Positions 1-10,205 of a stretch of 64,000 bases of DNA are shown here, piece by piece (positions within the stretch are counted from its first letter, which is position 1; every line of letters starts with the position of its first letter). Below the pieces are notes generated by a model. The model was not told where the DNA came from. It was given only the letters and a program-made list of their open reading frames with translations, and did no database searches. The translations under genes were made by a program, and so were the position numbers. The DNA comes from a virus, in IMG/VR virus record IMGVR_UViG_3300011116_000834, positions 32,001 through 96,000 of that record, one strand, 5' to 3'.

Positions 1-114
1 GGATAGTCCATGAGACATTATCACTTCATACAATCCCGATATCTGTGGTCCACCTCTAGAAAGCACATCAGATCTGAATTGATTTATCGTATTACTAATT
101 TTAGGAATTGCCAT
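1..114 (-). CDS. 5' fragment of a probable baseplate tail-tube initiator (gp54/gp19-like), running off the left edge
   Basis: Not in the ORF track. Manual translation from the ATG at 114: MAIPKISNTINQFRSDVLSRGGPQISGLYEVIMSHGLS, resembling the 'I.eF+s....GG.a.pnl%eV' N-terminus of tube-fold proteins. Overlaps the 3' end of gp4. Confidence 0.55.
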   Translation of the reverse strand, partial: MAIPKISNTINQFRSDVLSRGGPQISGLYEVIMSHGLS

Positions 115-547
115 CAAATAACTCTTTTTCTGTTAGAATTACAAATTTCCATGAATTAGATTCGCAAAATTTCTTTGCTGCTTCCCACTTACTAGTATTT
201 ATAGCATAAGTTATATTTTCATTCAAAAATGATCTTTTTGATTTTCTTTTGCCTAAAGTGGGTTCTTTTGTTTGTTTTGCTGGTTTGATTTCGATCACCA
301 TAGTTTCAATTTCCCCAGACTTGGTTTTTTTCTCCACTATGAAATCAGGAAGATATAGATGTGGTAGGTTGTCAACTGGGGAAAGATATGGAATCTTGAG
401 AGTTTCAAACGACCATCTGAGAATATTTTGGTTTTCGTCCAAAAATTTACAAAATTTTCGTTCCCACAACGAACGACATATTATGTTATTTGGATCGCCT
501 ATATATTTTGTAGTGTTTTTTGGTTTAAATCTGGTTTTATATGGCAT
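101..547 (-). CDS. gp4: Head completion protein (T4 gp4-like, TnsA-type endonuclease fold)
   Basis: Motifs YKTRFKPKNTTKYIGDP, RSLWERKF, YLPDF, IEIKP, KWEAA and ILTEKEL. Start moved to the ATG at 547 (MPYK). Confidence 0.9.
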   Translation of the reverse strand: MPYKTRFKPKNTTKYIGDPNNIICRSLWERKFCKFLDENQNILRWSFETLKIPYLSPVDNLPHLYLPDFIVEKKTKSGEIETMVIEIKPAKQTKEPTLGKRKSKRSFLNENITYAINTSKWEAAKKFCESNSWKFVILTEKELFDGNS

Positions 548-568
548 GAAAATATTTAGGAGAAGCAA

Positions 569-1531
569 ATGCCAGGTATTGGAAGTAATCCAGTAAGTTT
601 AGCCGAAGGAACAACCTCATATCTATTTCCAGGCGATCCAGATATGATTGATTCTATTCCTTTGTGGATGAAATTTTACTGCTTTGAATATTCTAGTTCT
701 GCTGCTAATCGTGTTGGAGCATATTTAAGAGCGCAAAATATGGCAAATGTGCCTTTGCTATCGAACATGAAAGCACAAATCTATGTTCCAGCACCCACAG
801 CATTTGAATCCTCGACTTCTCTTTCATATAATAGATCTGCGACTACTGCTGGAAATGCACTTCCAGGAATGTTGAATAAATTGGTCGATATTGCATCTGG
901 ATCCACGAATCCATGGGTTAAAATGGTGGCAAGTACGATCAAAGGCATCAAAGACGATGCAATGGATGCCCAAGAAGCAATTTCTAAATTGGTAGGCGGT
1001 GGATTTGGATATGGTCAGACCATTCCATTAGATCTGAATGATCTTACTTTTGTGGGAACTGGTTCTTATAGATCTTTCGATATTCGTCTATATCTGCCAT
1101 GCCTATCAGTAGAAGATTCCAAACGAGCAGGAGATCTCATCAGAGCATTTGAGGCATTATGTCTGCCTACTGCTTTGGGTGTTGGTGGTATATTTTCAAC
1201 TAGATATTATCATCCACCACTTTGGATCTTTGGAGTCGGACCTATTGATAGTATGAAATTTGATCCAGATTGGACTGGATATCCACAATTATCAGTATTG
1301 CAGGCAGTGAAGGTAAGAAAAACAGCAGTAGATGCAAATTCAATTGCTGCATTTTATCAGCAATCTTCATTTAAACCTGTTGCATATACTCTGAGTTTGC
1401 TTTTTAGAGAATTGGAACCAGCAATTAGAGTAACCTCAGTTGGTGGAGATTTAGGCACAACAATCACAAATCGCTCAGGTGCAATTATTGGAACTGGTAC
1501 AAATATAGCAGCAAAGGTAACCAACCAATAA
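569..1531 (+). CDS. gp48: Baseplate tail-tube cap (gp48-like)
   Basis: 'IYVPAP', 'RSFDIRLYLP..S.EDS.....LIRAF' and 'YHPP.W' patterns; lies between gp4 and gp53 as in environmental T4-like phages. Confidence 0.65.
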   Translation: MPGIGSNPVSLAEGTTSYLFPGDPDMIDSIPLWMKFYCFEYSSSAANRVGAYLRAQNMANVPLLSNMKAQIYVPAPTAFESSTSLSYNRSATTAGNALPGMLNKLVDIASGSTNPWVKMVASTIKGIKDDAMDAQEAISKLVGGGFGYGQTIPLDLNDLTFVGTGSYRSFDIRLYLPCLSVEDSKRAGDLIRAFEALCLPTALGVGGIFSTRYYHPPLWIFGVGPIDSMKFDPDWTGYPQLSVLQAVKVRKTAVDANSIAAFYQQSSFKPVAYTLSLLFRELEPAIRVTSVGGDLGTTITNRSGAIIGTGTNIAAKVTNQ

Positions 1532-1532
1532 T

Positions 1533-2483
1533 ATGTTATTTAAAAACTATCCAACCATTTCATACACTTTTGGAAGTAAAACCGTAACCTTGGTTGATAT
1601 CTTTAAAAATGTATCATTCACCAATACAGATAATAACAATGCATTTGATGATTATTACATTCAGGATGGCGAAACTCCTGAAATGATATCATCAAAACGA
1701 TATGGAACTACTGGATATGCTTGGTTAGTTTTATTGACAAACAATATACTTGATATAAAGAATGATTGGTTCATAAGTGCATTTGAATTCAATCAAAAAA
1801 CCGAAACAAACTTTGGTGGAGATGCTGTCTATATTCCCGCTCTTCCAGATCTACAAGAAAACGATATCATGGTGAAGGTGACTGCACACAATAGCACCAA
1901 TGCAACAGCAATAAACAATCAAGCATATCGACATGTGTCGAGTTTTGATCCATATTTCAGAGTTGTTAGGGGAATCTGCGGTGGTGGTACTTTTGCTAAT
2001 GGTGATTATATTCTATTTGCAAGAAAGAACAATGATGGATCTGTAACTCCATTGACTTTTGATAATCAGGATATTTCTCCGTCAAAAGTCGATTATACAA
2101 ATATTCTTTATATTGAAGAATATAAAAACAGCATCGATTATATCATCACTGGAAATGGTGTCATTCTCACCCCATATACAAATGTCACATATCCAGGTGG
2201 AACAGCAATAGAGTCCAAGACATCATATCTGGATACTGAAAATCTCGATGTGCAAATAGAGAAAAATTTTGCAAATACATTAATCTATTATTATGGAAGT
2301 CATCATGGTTCATTGCCATCAGGAATTTCCAAAGTTGCATTAGCTACGGGCAATTATAATAAATATATCAAGAAGCAAAAGATAAGATTGCTTAAACCAG
2401 AATTATTGATTTCTGTTGTATCTGCTATTCAAAATGCATTGAATGGTGACAATGTCGGTAAGATTTTTAAAGTTGAAATATAA
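1533..2483 (+). CDS. gp53: Baseplate wedge protein gp53
   Basis: 'FKNYPTISY', 'YYIQDGETPEMIS...YG....WLVLLTNNI' and C-terminal 'KQKIRLLKPE'. Confidence 0.88.
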   Translation: MLFKNYPTISYTFGSKTVTLVDIFKNVSFTNTDNNNAFDDYYIQDGETPEMISSKRYGTTGYAWLVLLTNNILDIKNDWFISAFEFNQKTETNFGGDAVYIPALPDLQENDIMVKVTAHNSTNATAINNQAYRHVSSFDPYFRVVRGICGGGTFANGDYILFARKNNDGSVTPLTFDNQDISPSKVDYTNILYIEEYKNSIDYIITGNGVILTPYTNVTYPGGTAIESKTSYLDTENLDVQIEKNFANTLIYYYGSHHGSLPSGISKVALATGNYNKYIKKQKIRLLKPELLISVVSAIQNALNGDNVGKIFKVEI

Positions 2484-5400
2484 TGGCAAAAGAATTTGAA
2501 ACAATAACAAATATTAACAATGCCCAGCAGGGATCAACGACTCCCTCTGATGATGCTTTATCATCAAATGGCAATTTCATCAAATCAACTGAATCTAAGA
2601 TCATTGAACTCACTCTCACAAAAACTAATAGTTCTGGAGATGAGATAAAGTTTCAAATTCTTCCATGGGATGCCCAGGTATCGGTAACGAGTCCATTATC
2701 AAGTATAGGATTTAAAGAATCTTTGTTCAATGGATGTATATTTGGAAGTCTAATCGTATTTGATATACGAAATTGGACAGATGAATTTTTATTCAATGGA
2801 AATGAAAAGGTAAATATTAAATTCAAGATTGGAAAATCTGATAAAACCATAGACCTTTCATTTCACATATATGATGCCAAGGATATAACAGATGCTGCCA
2901 ACCAAATGGAAACGATGGCAGGAAATGAAAGAACTTCCATATGGGAACTTCATTTCATCAGTTCTGAATTATTTCTTCCAAACTACAATCAAACATTCCT
3001 AGAAGTCGATGAAGACTTTGTCGGAAAGATGGCAACAAAGGAAAATACTAAATCGCCCGATAAATCTCTCATTAATGAAATTTTTGATAGATTTGGATTT
3101 AAAACACATAAGATAGATCCATCAAATACTGGTGTCTGGTTAAAATATGATAATATATCATATCCCTGGATGAAGAGAAAAGGGCAAATGAGAATATCTC
3201 AATTGCTCAAGTATCTTGCAAATTATGCTCAAGCAGATTTCAATTATAGTCCTGATTTTTATTGCTGGGAAGATAGAAATGGTTGGAACTTTCGTTCAAT
3301 CAATAGCATCATAAATGAACAAAGTTCAGATGGCAAAATCAAACCAGTCGATGGATTTGCTATAACAATAGATGAAGCAAATCCCAATAGAATTCTCACA
3401 TTGCAAGTAATTACTGAATATAATATTCAGAATCTACTAGAAAATGGTGCATTGTTCTCAAACTATACAAGATATGAACCAAGTTATGATGATCCATATA
3501 TTGATTTCATATCTGCAAATGCAAATGGTGGATATACCGCCACCAATCAGTCTTACGACTACACCAAAGATGGTCCAGTAATAAAGAAAATTGATGATTA
3601 TCCATTAGTTTCCAAATTCTTCAAGACTAGTGCTTTAACTGCAAATAACACTCCAAAACCATCTGCAAGAATAGATGATGAAATTTACGGCAATTTTAAT
3701 TCTAATTTTTTAAACAGTCCAACTCAACAGGACTGGGACATCTATGCAAATACCAATAGTGGAGTATGGTCTAATAAATCCTGGCAACCACAATTTGATA
3801 TAACAAGTTCTGGATTTACTGATTTTAAGAAAATCTATACAAAAATTAGAAAACCATTGAAAGACAAGCGCAAGGAATATGCGCTGAAAAAAGATATAAA
3901 AAGAAAATGGGAAGTATATCGTTGCACTGTCTGCTGTCATGAAAATGGCGCACTTGGATCAACTGCTGATATTGCTTTACTTCAGAATCCTGGACCAGTG
4001 GATGGTTACACATATAATGCGCTTTATGGTCCTACTGGAATATATGCACAAACAGATAAAGAATATAAAGTAATTGCTGCTGGATCTTTTACAGATCTTC
4101 TCAATTATCAATCTGGAAATACTTTTTATGAACGAGGATTGACTTATTCGTATGATCTGACCAAAGCACCATACAATGAATCTCTTGGACAATTCTTCAA
4201 TATAACTGGTCCAGAAGCACCAGAAGCATATACGAAGTATGTGATAAAAAGAGCAACTCAGCAATATCAGATTATAATTGATAAATTAAATTCAAGAATT
4301 GCCGATCTTACCAATTTTACAACTCAGCGTGTTTTGTCTTATAAGCAAAATGCAGATGCTGTATTTGCTCAAGTGCAGATTACTAAAATTGGTGAACCCC
4401 AGAGAGATCTAAAGGCATCGACTACACGACCAGTAGATCTATTATTGGGAATATCAAATAGATTCATTGGTGATGCTATTCCAGGTGAAGTATTAACTGA
4501 TTGGCCAATCACTTCATACGAATTCGGAATGGTACCACATTCCAGACTTGAACCAAATCATGGTCTTGCTCAAGTGGTATTTGGTAGTAATCCAAATGCA
4601 TTGACTTCTCCTTCTATAACCTTTAGATCTGTAAATGGAACATATGCAACAAAAGCAACATGTGGTCCATCATCATATACTCGTTGGTGTGGATGTTGTG
4701 TAAATGGAACAAAGGTGTATACTCAAGTATGCATTCCATTTGAACCGCTGGATACTCTTACCGATAGAATCAATCAAGCAACAATCGATTGTAAAAATCA
4801 AGATTTCTGCAATTGTGCATTGACAGAATTTGTCGCAGATCCACCATCTGGACAATCATGTGAAATGTATGAATTGGTCGGTGGTGCCTGTTCTGCTGTT
4901 ATTGGGGATAATGGGTGCAGAACCAATCATGTTCCATGTTGTAGATCATCAAATAGTTTCTGTGGATGCCTACCACCTTCAGAATGCGCTGCTATAGGTG
5001 GATCTGAAATATCGAATATTTCAAATTGCTCTACATGTGGACCTGATGCTGGCGGTGGCGGTGGCGGTGGTGGTGGCGGTGGTGGAGGCATTCAAGGTCC
5101 ACCAGGACCCCCAGGACCCCCAGGTCCAACTGGTCCTACTGGTCCTACTGGACCCACTGGTCCAAGTTCTCTTCCAACTCCAGCAGATGTCAAGTATATC
5201 GATCCATGTTCATATAAGAATTGCTCCAATGATCCTGTTGTTCGTGGTTATATCAAGCATACTACAGCATCTGCTGGAGCAATCAGTCCAATCTATGGAT
5301 ATGCTGCATCTTATCTCTGGGATGATAATGAAGTCAGTGATTGGTCATTCTACGAATATGGTACTGATTCTGGATTAATTCCAGGAGTCGTTGATCCAGA

Positions 5401-8029
5401 TATCAAAGCAAAAACTCAATCATGTTTGAATCAATGCAATTGCTATAATACCACATGCTTGAGTTCTGTAGCACTGGAAGTTCTTAGAAGAACATGTGTT
5501 GCTGAAATTCAACTTCTAAAGGTTGAAGTTGAATTGATGACTTCACTGATGAATAAGATTGCGGATGAATATGAGACAAAATGGAAGAATTCATACTATG
5601 AATGGTATTCCAGAAATTCATTCTTCTTCTCAAAGAAACCAGGATCATCTATTTTTAAAAATGATTCCAAGGATACAGTACAGTCTCCATTATCATTGCA
5701 AAACATCAAATCAATCACCAGAAAGGAAGTTCGTGGAAGTAGATATGAACTTCTTGCCAGAAAGGTAGGATTGACTGGAGCAGAGGTTGGTCCGTGGATG
5801 TATGACATTTATTTTGGAGGATTAACTGCATCCACTGCTCATCCATATTACGATCAGCAATATGCAACAGATTCATACATTACTTCAAGAAAACCACATG
5901 CATGGTTTGGGTATCAAGATGCCGATGCAACGGATGATCCCACATTCTTTGATGATTCTGGATTTGCATATACTGGTCAACAATTGAATTCGACTCCCGA
6001 TTATAAGGGATCTGAATATGTTGAAAATGCTGTATTGCATATAGGCACAAATGATATTCAGGATATAAGCAATGCAAGTGGTATGAATAATTACGGATAT
6101 GCACAATCTGATCTATCCAAACAAGATGGGAATGCATCCATATCATCGGTAAATGATATTACTAAATTTAGAAATACCTTTAATTTCTTTGATACCAATG
6201 GTAAGAAACCACCAAATATAAAAAAGGAAGAAATATCCTCTTATGTTCGCATAGAGTTTTCAACTCCAATTGGGTTGGATAGAGCAAAGGATTTTCCAAA
6301 TGGATTTATTCGAGATGCTGGAGTGGAGTATTTCCTTCCATATCTGGTGAATCTAACAACTGGTCCGTTTGGAAGACAAGGCGTTAAGTACAACTGCGCT
6401 GTCATTGGAATGGATCCATATGGATTTGATGTTGCTGTTAAGAAAATCAAAGATGATCTTCCAACCAATAGAAAACTACAGGGCATAGACAAGGGCAACT
6501 ATTACAACTGGTGGAATCATGATACAGGTTCTGTCTTATCGAAGACGACCTATTTGACTTCCGATTACAATGGAATGGATCTATGGCCTGAAGCAGGATT
6601 CGAAACAGAATTCCCATATTATTCATATGATGCAAGTCAGGAAGATCTCCATGGTGGTGGATATGACATGGATTTCCATATGGGTGGTGGATATTACTTT
6701 GAGAATGAATCTCAGAATTGGATGGAATCTCTCTATCATTATGGCATGAGCAGCAACAAGCAATTTGATCCATTATATCGAACTTCGGTGGTTGGATCAT
6801 ATGTTCTACCCAATAGTTACAGAAAACTCAAACCACATCGTTCTTGGTGGTCATTGTTTATTCCTAGAAATCTTTTTATACCAATTCGTTTTGCAAATAT
6901 GTTTAAGACACCAAATACCAAGGCAAGAGATTTATTTGGTGGAAAGGCAATATTTACAATATCTCCCAATTATTGGAGAACTTGGTATGGAAGTGAATTC
7001 TCAAATTGGATAAATCTATCCAAATCGGCAGTGACTCCAATTCTAGATTCACTGGCACCAGATCTTAATTTCCTTGTCGATGATCATGATGAAGTTGCTG
7101 GAAATACTCAAAAGACTTACATCTCCGCACATACGGAAGATTCTGCCGTAACTGGTTATTTCCGTGATTCATTGATGCATTATCTTGCTGGAAACTATAT
7201 TCTTTATAGACCATCTCTTGTAGTCACAGACATATGGAAATACGATCTTAGTGGAGAAACTGAATATGGATTGGTAACTCCACCAGTTGATACTGAATAT
7301 GATTTCTTTGATCGTAATTTTGCATTACAGTTCACGGTATTTGGAAGAAGCAGTAGAACATGTGAAGATCTTGGACTTAAGTGTGCAAATCCAAATGCAA
7401 TAAAGAATGGACCAATTGCCTCGTCATCTAGTTGCAATCAAGCACCATATTGCAATTGTCCAGCAAAATCTGTAATGCCTAAGGAAGCAGAACCAACATA
7501 TCTTGAACTGTATAGATTGAAGAATGAAATTAATGAATGTTCATTGATTGAGCAGAATCTAGGCAAAGAGTACCTTGGATGTGAATACGCAGATCCTTCG
7601 TCATCTTGTAGTTGCAATTGTCCAGAGCAAGGAAGCAAGTTCAAGGATTATCTTAAATACAATAGAACTTATGCTACATTCTGGGATGTTTCTGAAAATC
7701 TACCCCTACGAAGAATTGCTGCAACGAATCAGTTGCAAGCACAGAAGATAAAAATTAAAATTGCACCAAATGATAAGATTGAAATTGGTTCAATAGTTGA
7801 GATCATAAGTCAAAACGATCTGCCATCTGAAACTGCAAATCAATACAAGAAAATATCGGGTAGATGGATGATCGTAGAGATTGAACATCTCATGGCAGGA
7901 ACCATTGGATATGTAATGACTGTTACTCTTGTAAGAAATAGTCTACATTATGATCCCAATTTACCCCAACAACCATTGGCAGTATTTGGTAAATTAGATG
8001 AAAAGAAAAATAACGATACTACGGGATAA
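2483..8029 (+). CDS. Giant baseplate hub protein (gp27/VgrG-type N- and C-termini) with a large Cys-rich, poly-Gly and collagen insertion
   Basis: N-terminal 'ESLFNGCIFGSLIVFD...NGNEKVNI' and 'FYCWEDRNGWNFRSI' plus C-terminal 'KIEIGSIVEI...KISGRWMIVEIEH...TLVRNS' are hub motifs; sits after gp53; 1848 aa. Confidence 0.7.
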   Translation: MAKEFETITNINNAQQGSTTPSDDALSSNGNFIKSTESKIIELTLTKTNSSGDEIKFQILPWDAQVSVTSPLSSIGFKESLFNGCIFGSLIVFDIRNWTDEFLFNGNEKVNIKFKIGKSDKTIDLSFHIYDAKDITDAANQMETMAGNERTSIWELHFISSELFLPNYNQTFLEVDEDFVGKMATKENTKSPDKSLINEIFDRFGFKTHKIDPSNTGVWLKYDNISYPWMKRKGQMRISQLLKYLANYAQADFNYSPDFYCWEDRNGWNFRSINSIINEQSSDGKIKPVDGFAITIDEANPNRILTLQVITEYNIQNLLENGALFSNYTRYEPSYDDPYIDFISANANGGYTATNQSYDYTKDGPVIKKIDDYPLVSKFFKTSALTANNTPKPSARIDDEIYGNFNSNFLNSPTQQDWDIYANTNSGVWSNKSWQPQFDITSSGFTDFKKIYTKIRKPLKDKRKEYALKKDIKRKWEVYRCTVCCHENGALGSTADIALLQNPGPVDGYTYNALYGPTGIYAQTDKEYKVIAAGSFTDLLNYQSGNTFYERGLTYSYDLTKAPYNESLGQFFNITGPEAPEAYTKYVIKRATQQYQIIIDKLNSRIADLTNFTTQRVLSYKQNADAVFAQVQITKIGEPQRDLKASTTRPVDLLLGISNRFIGDAIPGEVLTDWPITSYEFGMVPHSRLEPNHGLAQVVFGSNPNALTSPSITFRSVNGTYATKATCGPSSYTRWCGCCVNGTKVYTQVCIPFEPLDTLTDRINQATIDCKNQDFCNCALTEFVADPPSGQSCEMYELVGGACSAVIGDNGCRTNHVPCCRSSNSFCGCLPPSECAAIGGSEISNISNCSTCGPDAGGGGGGGGGGGGGIQGPPGPPGPPGPTGPTGPTGPTGPSSLPTPADVKYIDPCSYKNCSNDPVVRGYIKHTTASAGAISPIYGYAASYLWDDNEVSDWSFYEYGTDSGLIPGVVDPDIKAKTQSCLNQCNCYNTTCLSSVALEVLRRTCVAEIQLLKVEVELMTSLMNKIADEYETKWKNSYYEWYSRNSFFFSKKPGSSIFKNDSKDTVQSPLSLQNIKSITRKEVRGSRYELLARKVGLTGAEVGPWMYDIYFGGLTASTAHPYYDQQYATDSYITSRKPHAWFGYQDADATDDPTFFDDSGFAYTGQQLNSTPDYKGSEYVENAVLHIGTNDIQDISNASGMNNYGYAQSDLSKQDGNASISSVNDITKFRNTFNFFDTNGKKPPNIKKEEISSYVRIEFSTPIGLDRAKDFPNGFIRDAGVEYFLPYLVNLTTGPFGRQGVKYNCAVIGMDPYGFDVAVKKIKDDLPTNRKLQGIDKGNYYNWWNHDTGSVLSKTTYLTSDYNGMDLWPEAGFETEFPYYSYDASQEDLHGGGYDMDFHMGGGYYFENESQNWMESLYHYGMSSNKQFDPLYRTSVVGSYVLPNSYRKLKPHRSWWSLFIPRNLFIPIRFANMFKTPNTKARDLFGGKAIFTISPNYWRTWYGSEFSNWINLSKSAVTPILDSLAPDLNFLVDDHDEVAGNTQKTYISAHTEDSAVTGYFRDSLMHYLAGNYILYRPSLVVTDIWKYDLSGETEYGLVTPPVDTEYDFFDRNFALQFTVFGRSSRTCEDLGLKCANPNAIKNGPIASSSSCNQAPYCNCPAKSVMPKEAEPTYLELYRLKNEINECSLIEQNLGKEYLGCEYADPSSSCSCNCPEQGSKFKDYLKYNRTYATFWDVSENLPLRRIAATNQLQAQKIKIKIAPNDKIEIGSIVEIISQNDLPSETANQYKKISGRWMIVEIEHLMAGTIGYVMTVTLVRNSLHYDPNLPQQPLAVFGKLDEKKNNDTTG
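5051..5165 (+). repeat. GGN repeat (13 Gly) followed by collagen-like GPP/GPT triplets inside the hub gene
   Basis: ggcggtggcggtggc... then ggtccaccaggaccccca...ggtcctact, encoding G13-IQ-GPPGPPGPPGPTGPTGPTGPTGP. Confidence 0.95.
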
Positions 8030-8032
8030 ATA
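8025..8032 (+). promoter_or_regulatory. T4 late promoter variant (gATAAATA) before gp25
   Basis: One mismatch to TATAAATA, 5 nt before the ATG. Confidence 0.5.
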
Positions 8033-8037
8033 CTAAT

Positions 8038-8433
8038 ATGCTAAAGAAACAAATCAGTTATATTGATATTCCATTCTTCATTAGCAAGAATTCATTTACA
8101 AATGATTTCAATGTCACCCGTGATTTGAATGCCATTCGTCAATCTTTGAAAAACATCATCTTAACAAATACTGGTGAGCGATCATTTGATTATAAATTTG
8201 GATGCAGCATCTATGATTTTCTTTTTGACAATTTTACAATGGATCTTGTTATTAAGGCGCAATCAACAATTGCTGGAAATATTCAAAGATATGAAGGCAA
8301 TAGAGTTGGAATAAACGATGTTCGTGTTCTTAATGTGCCTAAGGAAAATAAAATAAATATCGTAGTAGATTTTAATATTCCAGATGTGGGAATTTCAGAT
8401 ATCCTAACAGTTAGTATATTAAGGACAAGATAA
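8038..8433 (+). CDS. gp25: Baseplate wedge subunit gp25
   Basis: 'AIRQSLKNIILTNTGERSF...FG..IY..LF' and 'I..YE..V'; 131 aa; precedes gp6. Confidence 0.92.
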   Translation: MLKKQISYIDIPFFISKNSFTNDFNVTRDLNAIRQSLKNIILTNTGERSFDYKFGCSIYDFLFDNFTMDLVIKAQSTIAGNIQRYEGNRVGINDVRVLNVPKENKINIVVDFNIPDVGISDILTVSILRTR

Positions 8434-10205
8434 TGGCAAATACACCAACAACATTGGGCAATCTAGAATTTTCCCAAATAAAAACAAGTCTAACTAATTA
8501 TTTAAAAGATCAGTCAGTTTTTAGTGGTTATAATTTTGAAGGTAGTGCCATGCAGACGATCATAGATCTGATGGCATATAATACATTCTATTATGCCTAC
8601 TATGCTAATATGATAAATGCAGAAGCATTTTTGGATAGTGCTCAAAAAGAAGATTCAATCATATCTCTTTGCAAGCCACTTGGGTATACTGTTCCATCAA
8701 AATCTTCTTCTATTTCAAATATAACCATTAGTGGCACTTCAGTCACTGGTATTACTAGTGGAACTCTGTTTCTAACAAAGAATGCAGATGGACTTCCATA
8801 TAACTTTTACAATATAGATTATATTCCCGTTACTGATGGAGTTAGCGATTCATTTCCAATATATGAAGCAACAACTTATGTCCAGTTTGAAGCAATTCCG
8901 ACATTCAATTATGAAAATCAGACAATTTCAATTGCTGCTGAAGATTTTGATCTTGACACATTAAAGGTGACTATTACTGAACAAGTTGATGAGACCACAA
9001 CTCTTACTTCCGATTGGGTCAAGTTGAATAACATTGGATACACTTCTCAGATAAATGAAAACATCTATTTTGTAGAGAGAACATCAACTGGATTCATTAT
9101 TAGATTTGGTTCTGAAAATTCAGTTGGACGAACAATCGATACCACCATCACAAGCATAATTATTCGATATCTAAAGACCAGTGGAACTGCTGGAAACGGA
9201 TTATCAATATTCACATGCCCAAGTCTTTCAAGTGCGGTGATCACCACAAATTCAACCTCAACTGGAGGCAAAGATAAACCAAATCTAGATACAATAAGAT
9301 TTGTAGCACCCAAATATTTTGCTTCACAAGAACGAGCAGTTACGGTAAATGACTACAAAGCATTGTTGATTGAAGCGGGATATTTTACAGATGAAAGCGA
9401 ATTCAATGTTTTTGGTGGTCAAGATCTGTCTCCAGCAAGATTTGGTAGAGTATTTGTCACCACAAACAATCCATTGAATGATTCACAAATTGATCAATTT
9501 ATAAATTTCTTGAAGGAACGAAGTATTATAACGATTCTTCCAGAATATGTAACATCAAATAATTTAAGTATAATGGTTGATGTTACATATTCTTTGGGTG
9601 CAAATACTCAAAATACTGGAACAAATAGATTAACCAGTATGCAGTTAATACGATCAATATTTAATCAAAATTATTCACAGACAAACAAATATAATGTAGC
9701 ATTCAGTTCTACTGATTTTGTGGATTATATCAAACAAACAGATAATTCAATTCTTCAAGGACTGAAGATACAACCAGATAATTTTAACATATATGTTTCG
9801 CAGACATTAGCATCCGATAATGAATACATCTTTAATATTGGAAATGAACTTTATCTTCCTTTAGCAACTCCTGTTGCAATAACAGAACCTTTCGATTCAG
9901 AAGTTGATGGAATCAATAGCAGCACTACAGGTAAAAAAGCAATTCTTAAGATGTACGCCACTAGTATGGCATCTAAGAATAATCAATTAAATTTGCAATT
10001 ATGGTCTGTTGATTCTTATGGAACTGAACTTCAAGTCGCTGGAACCTCATATGGATCATTCATAGCATATAAAGGTGTAATAAAAATTCCATCAGGTTTA
10101 ATCAGTACCACCGCATCTTTGATCGTCTCATTCAAGAGTAAGAGCGTAAATATAGGATTGAATAACTTAGTTAATCTTTCCATAAACAATATAACGATAA
10201 TCTAA
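8433..10205 (+). CDS. gp6: Baseplate wedge subunit gp6
   Basis: 'LEFSQIKTSL', 'YNFEGS', 'LMAYNT.Y', 'EAFLDSA', 'LGY', 'APKYFASQERAVT..DY'. Confidence 0.93.
   Translation: MANTPTTLGNLEFSQIKTSLTNYLKDQSVFSGYNFEGSAMQTIIDLMAYNTFYYAYYANMINAEAFLDSAQKEDSIISLCKPLGYTVPSKSSSISNITISGTSVTGITSGTLFLTKNADGLPYNFYNIDYIPVTDGVSDSFPIYEATTYVQFEAIPTFNYENQTISIAAEDFDLDTLKVTITEQVDETTTLTSDWVKLNNIGYTSQINENIYFVERTSTGFIIRFGSENSVGRTIDTTITSIIIRYLKTSGTAGNGLSIFTCPSLSSAVITTNSTSTGGKDKPNLDTIRFVAPKYFASQERAVTVNDYKALLIEAGYFTDESEFNVFGGQDLSPARFGRVFVTTNNPLNDSQIDQFINFLKERSIITILPEYVTSNNLSIMVDVTYSLGANTQNTGTNRLTSMQLIRSIFNQNYSQTNKYNVAFSSTDFVDYIKQTDNSILQGLKIQPDNFNIYVSQTLASDNEYIFNIGNELYLPLATPVAITEPFDSEVDGINSSTTGKKAILKMYATSMASKNNQLNLQLWSVDSYGTELQVAGTSYGSFIAYKGVIKIPSGLISTTASLIVSFKSKSVNIGLNNLVNLSINNITII

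Noticed and set aside
4998-5378. 126-aa alternative-frame ORF in the hub gene
   Set aside because: Shadow of the poly-Gly/collagen codons; no RBS or recognisable motif.
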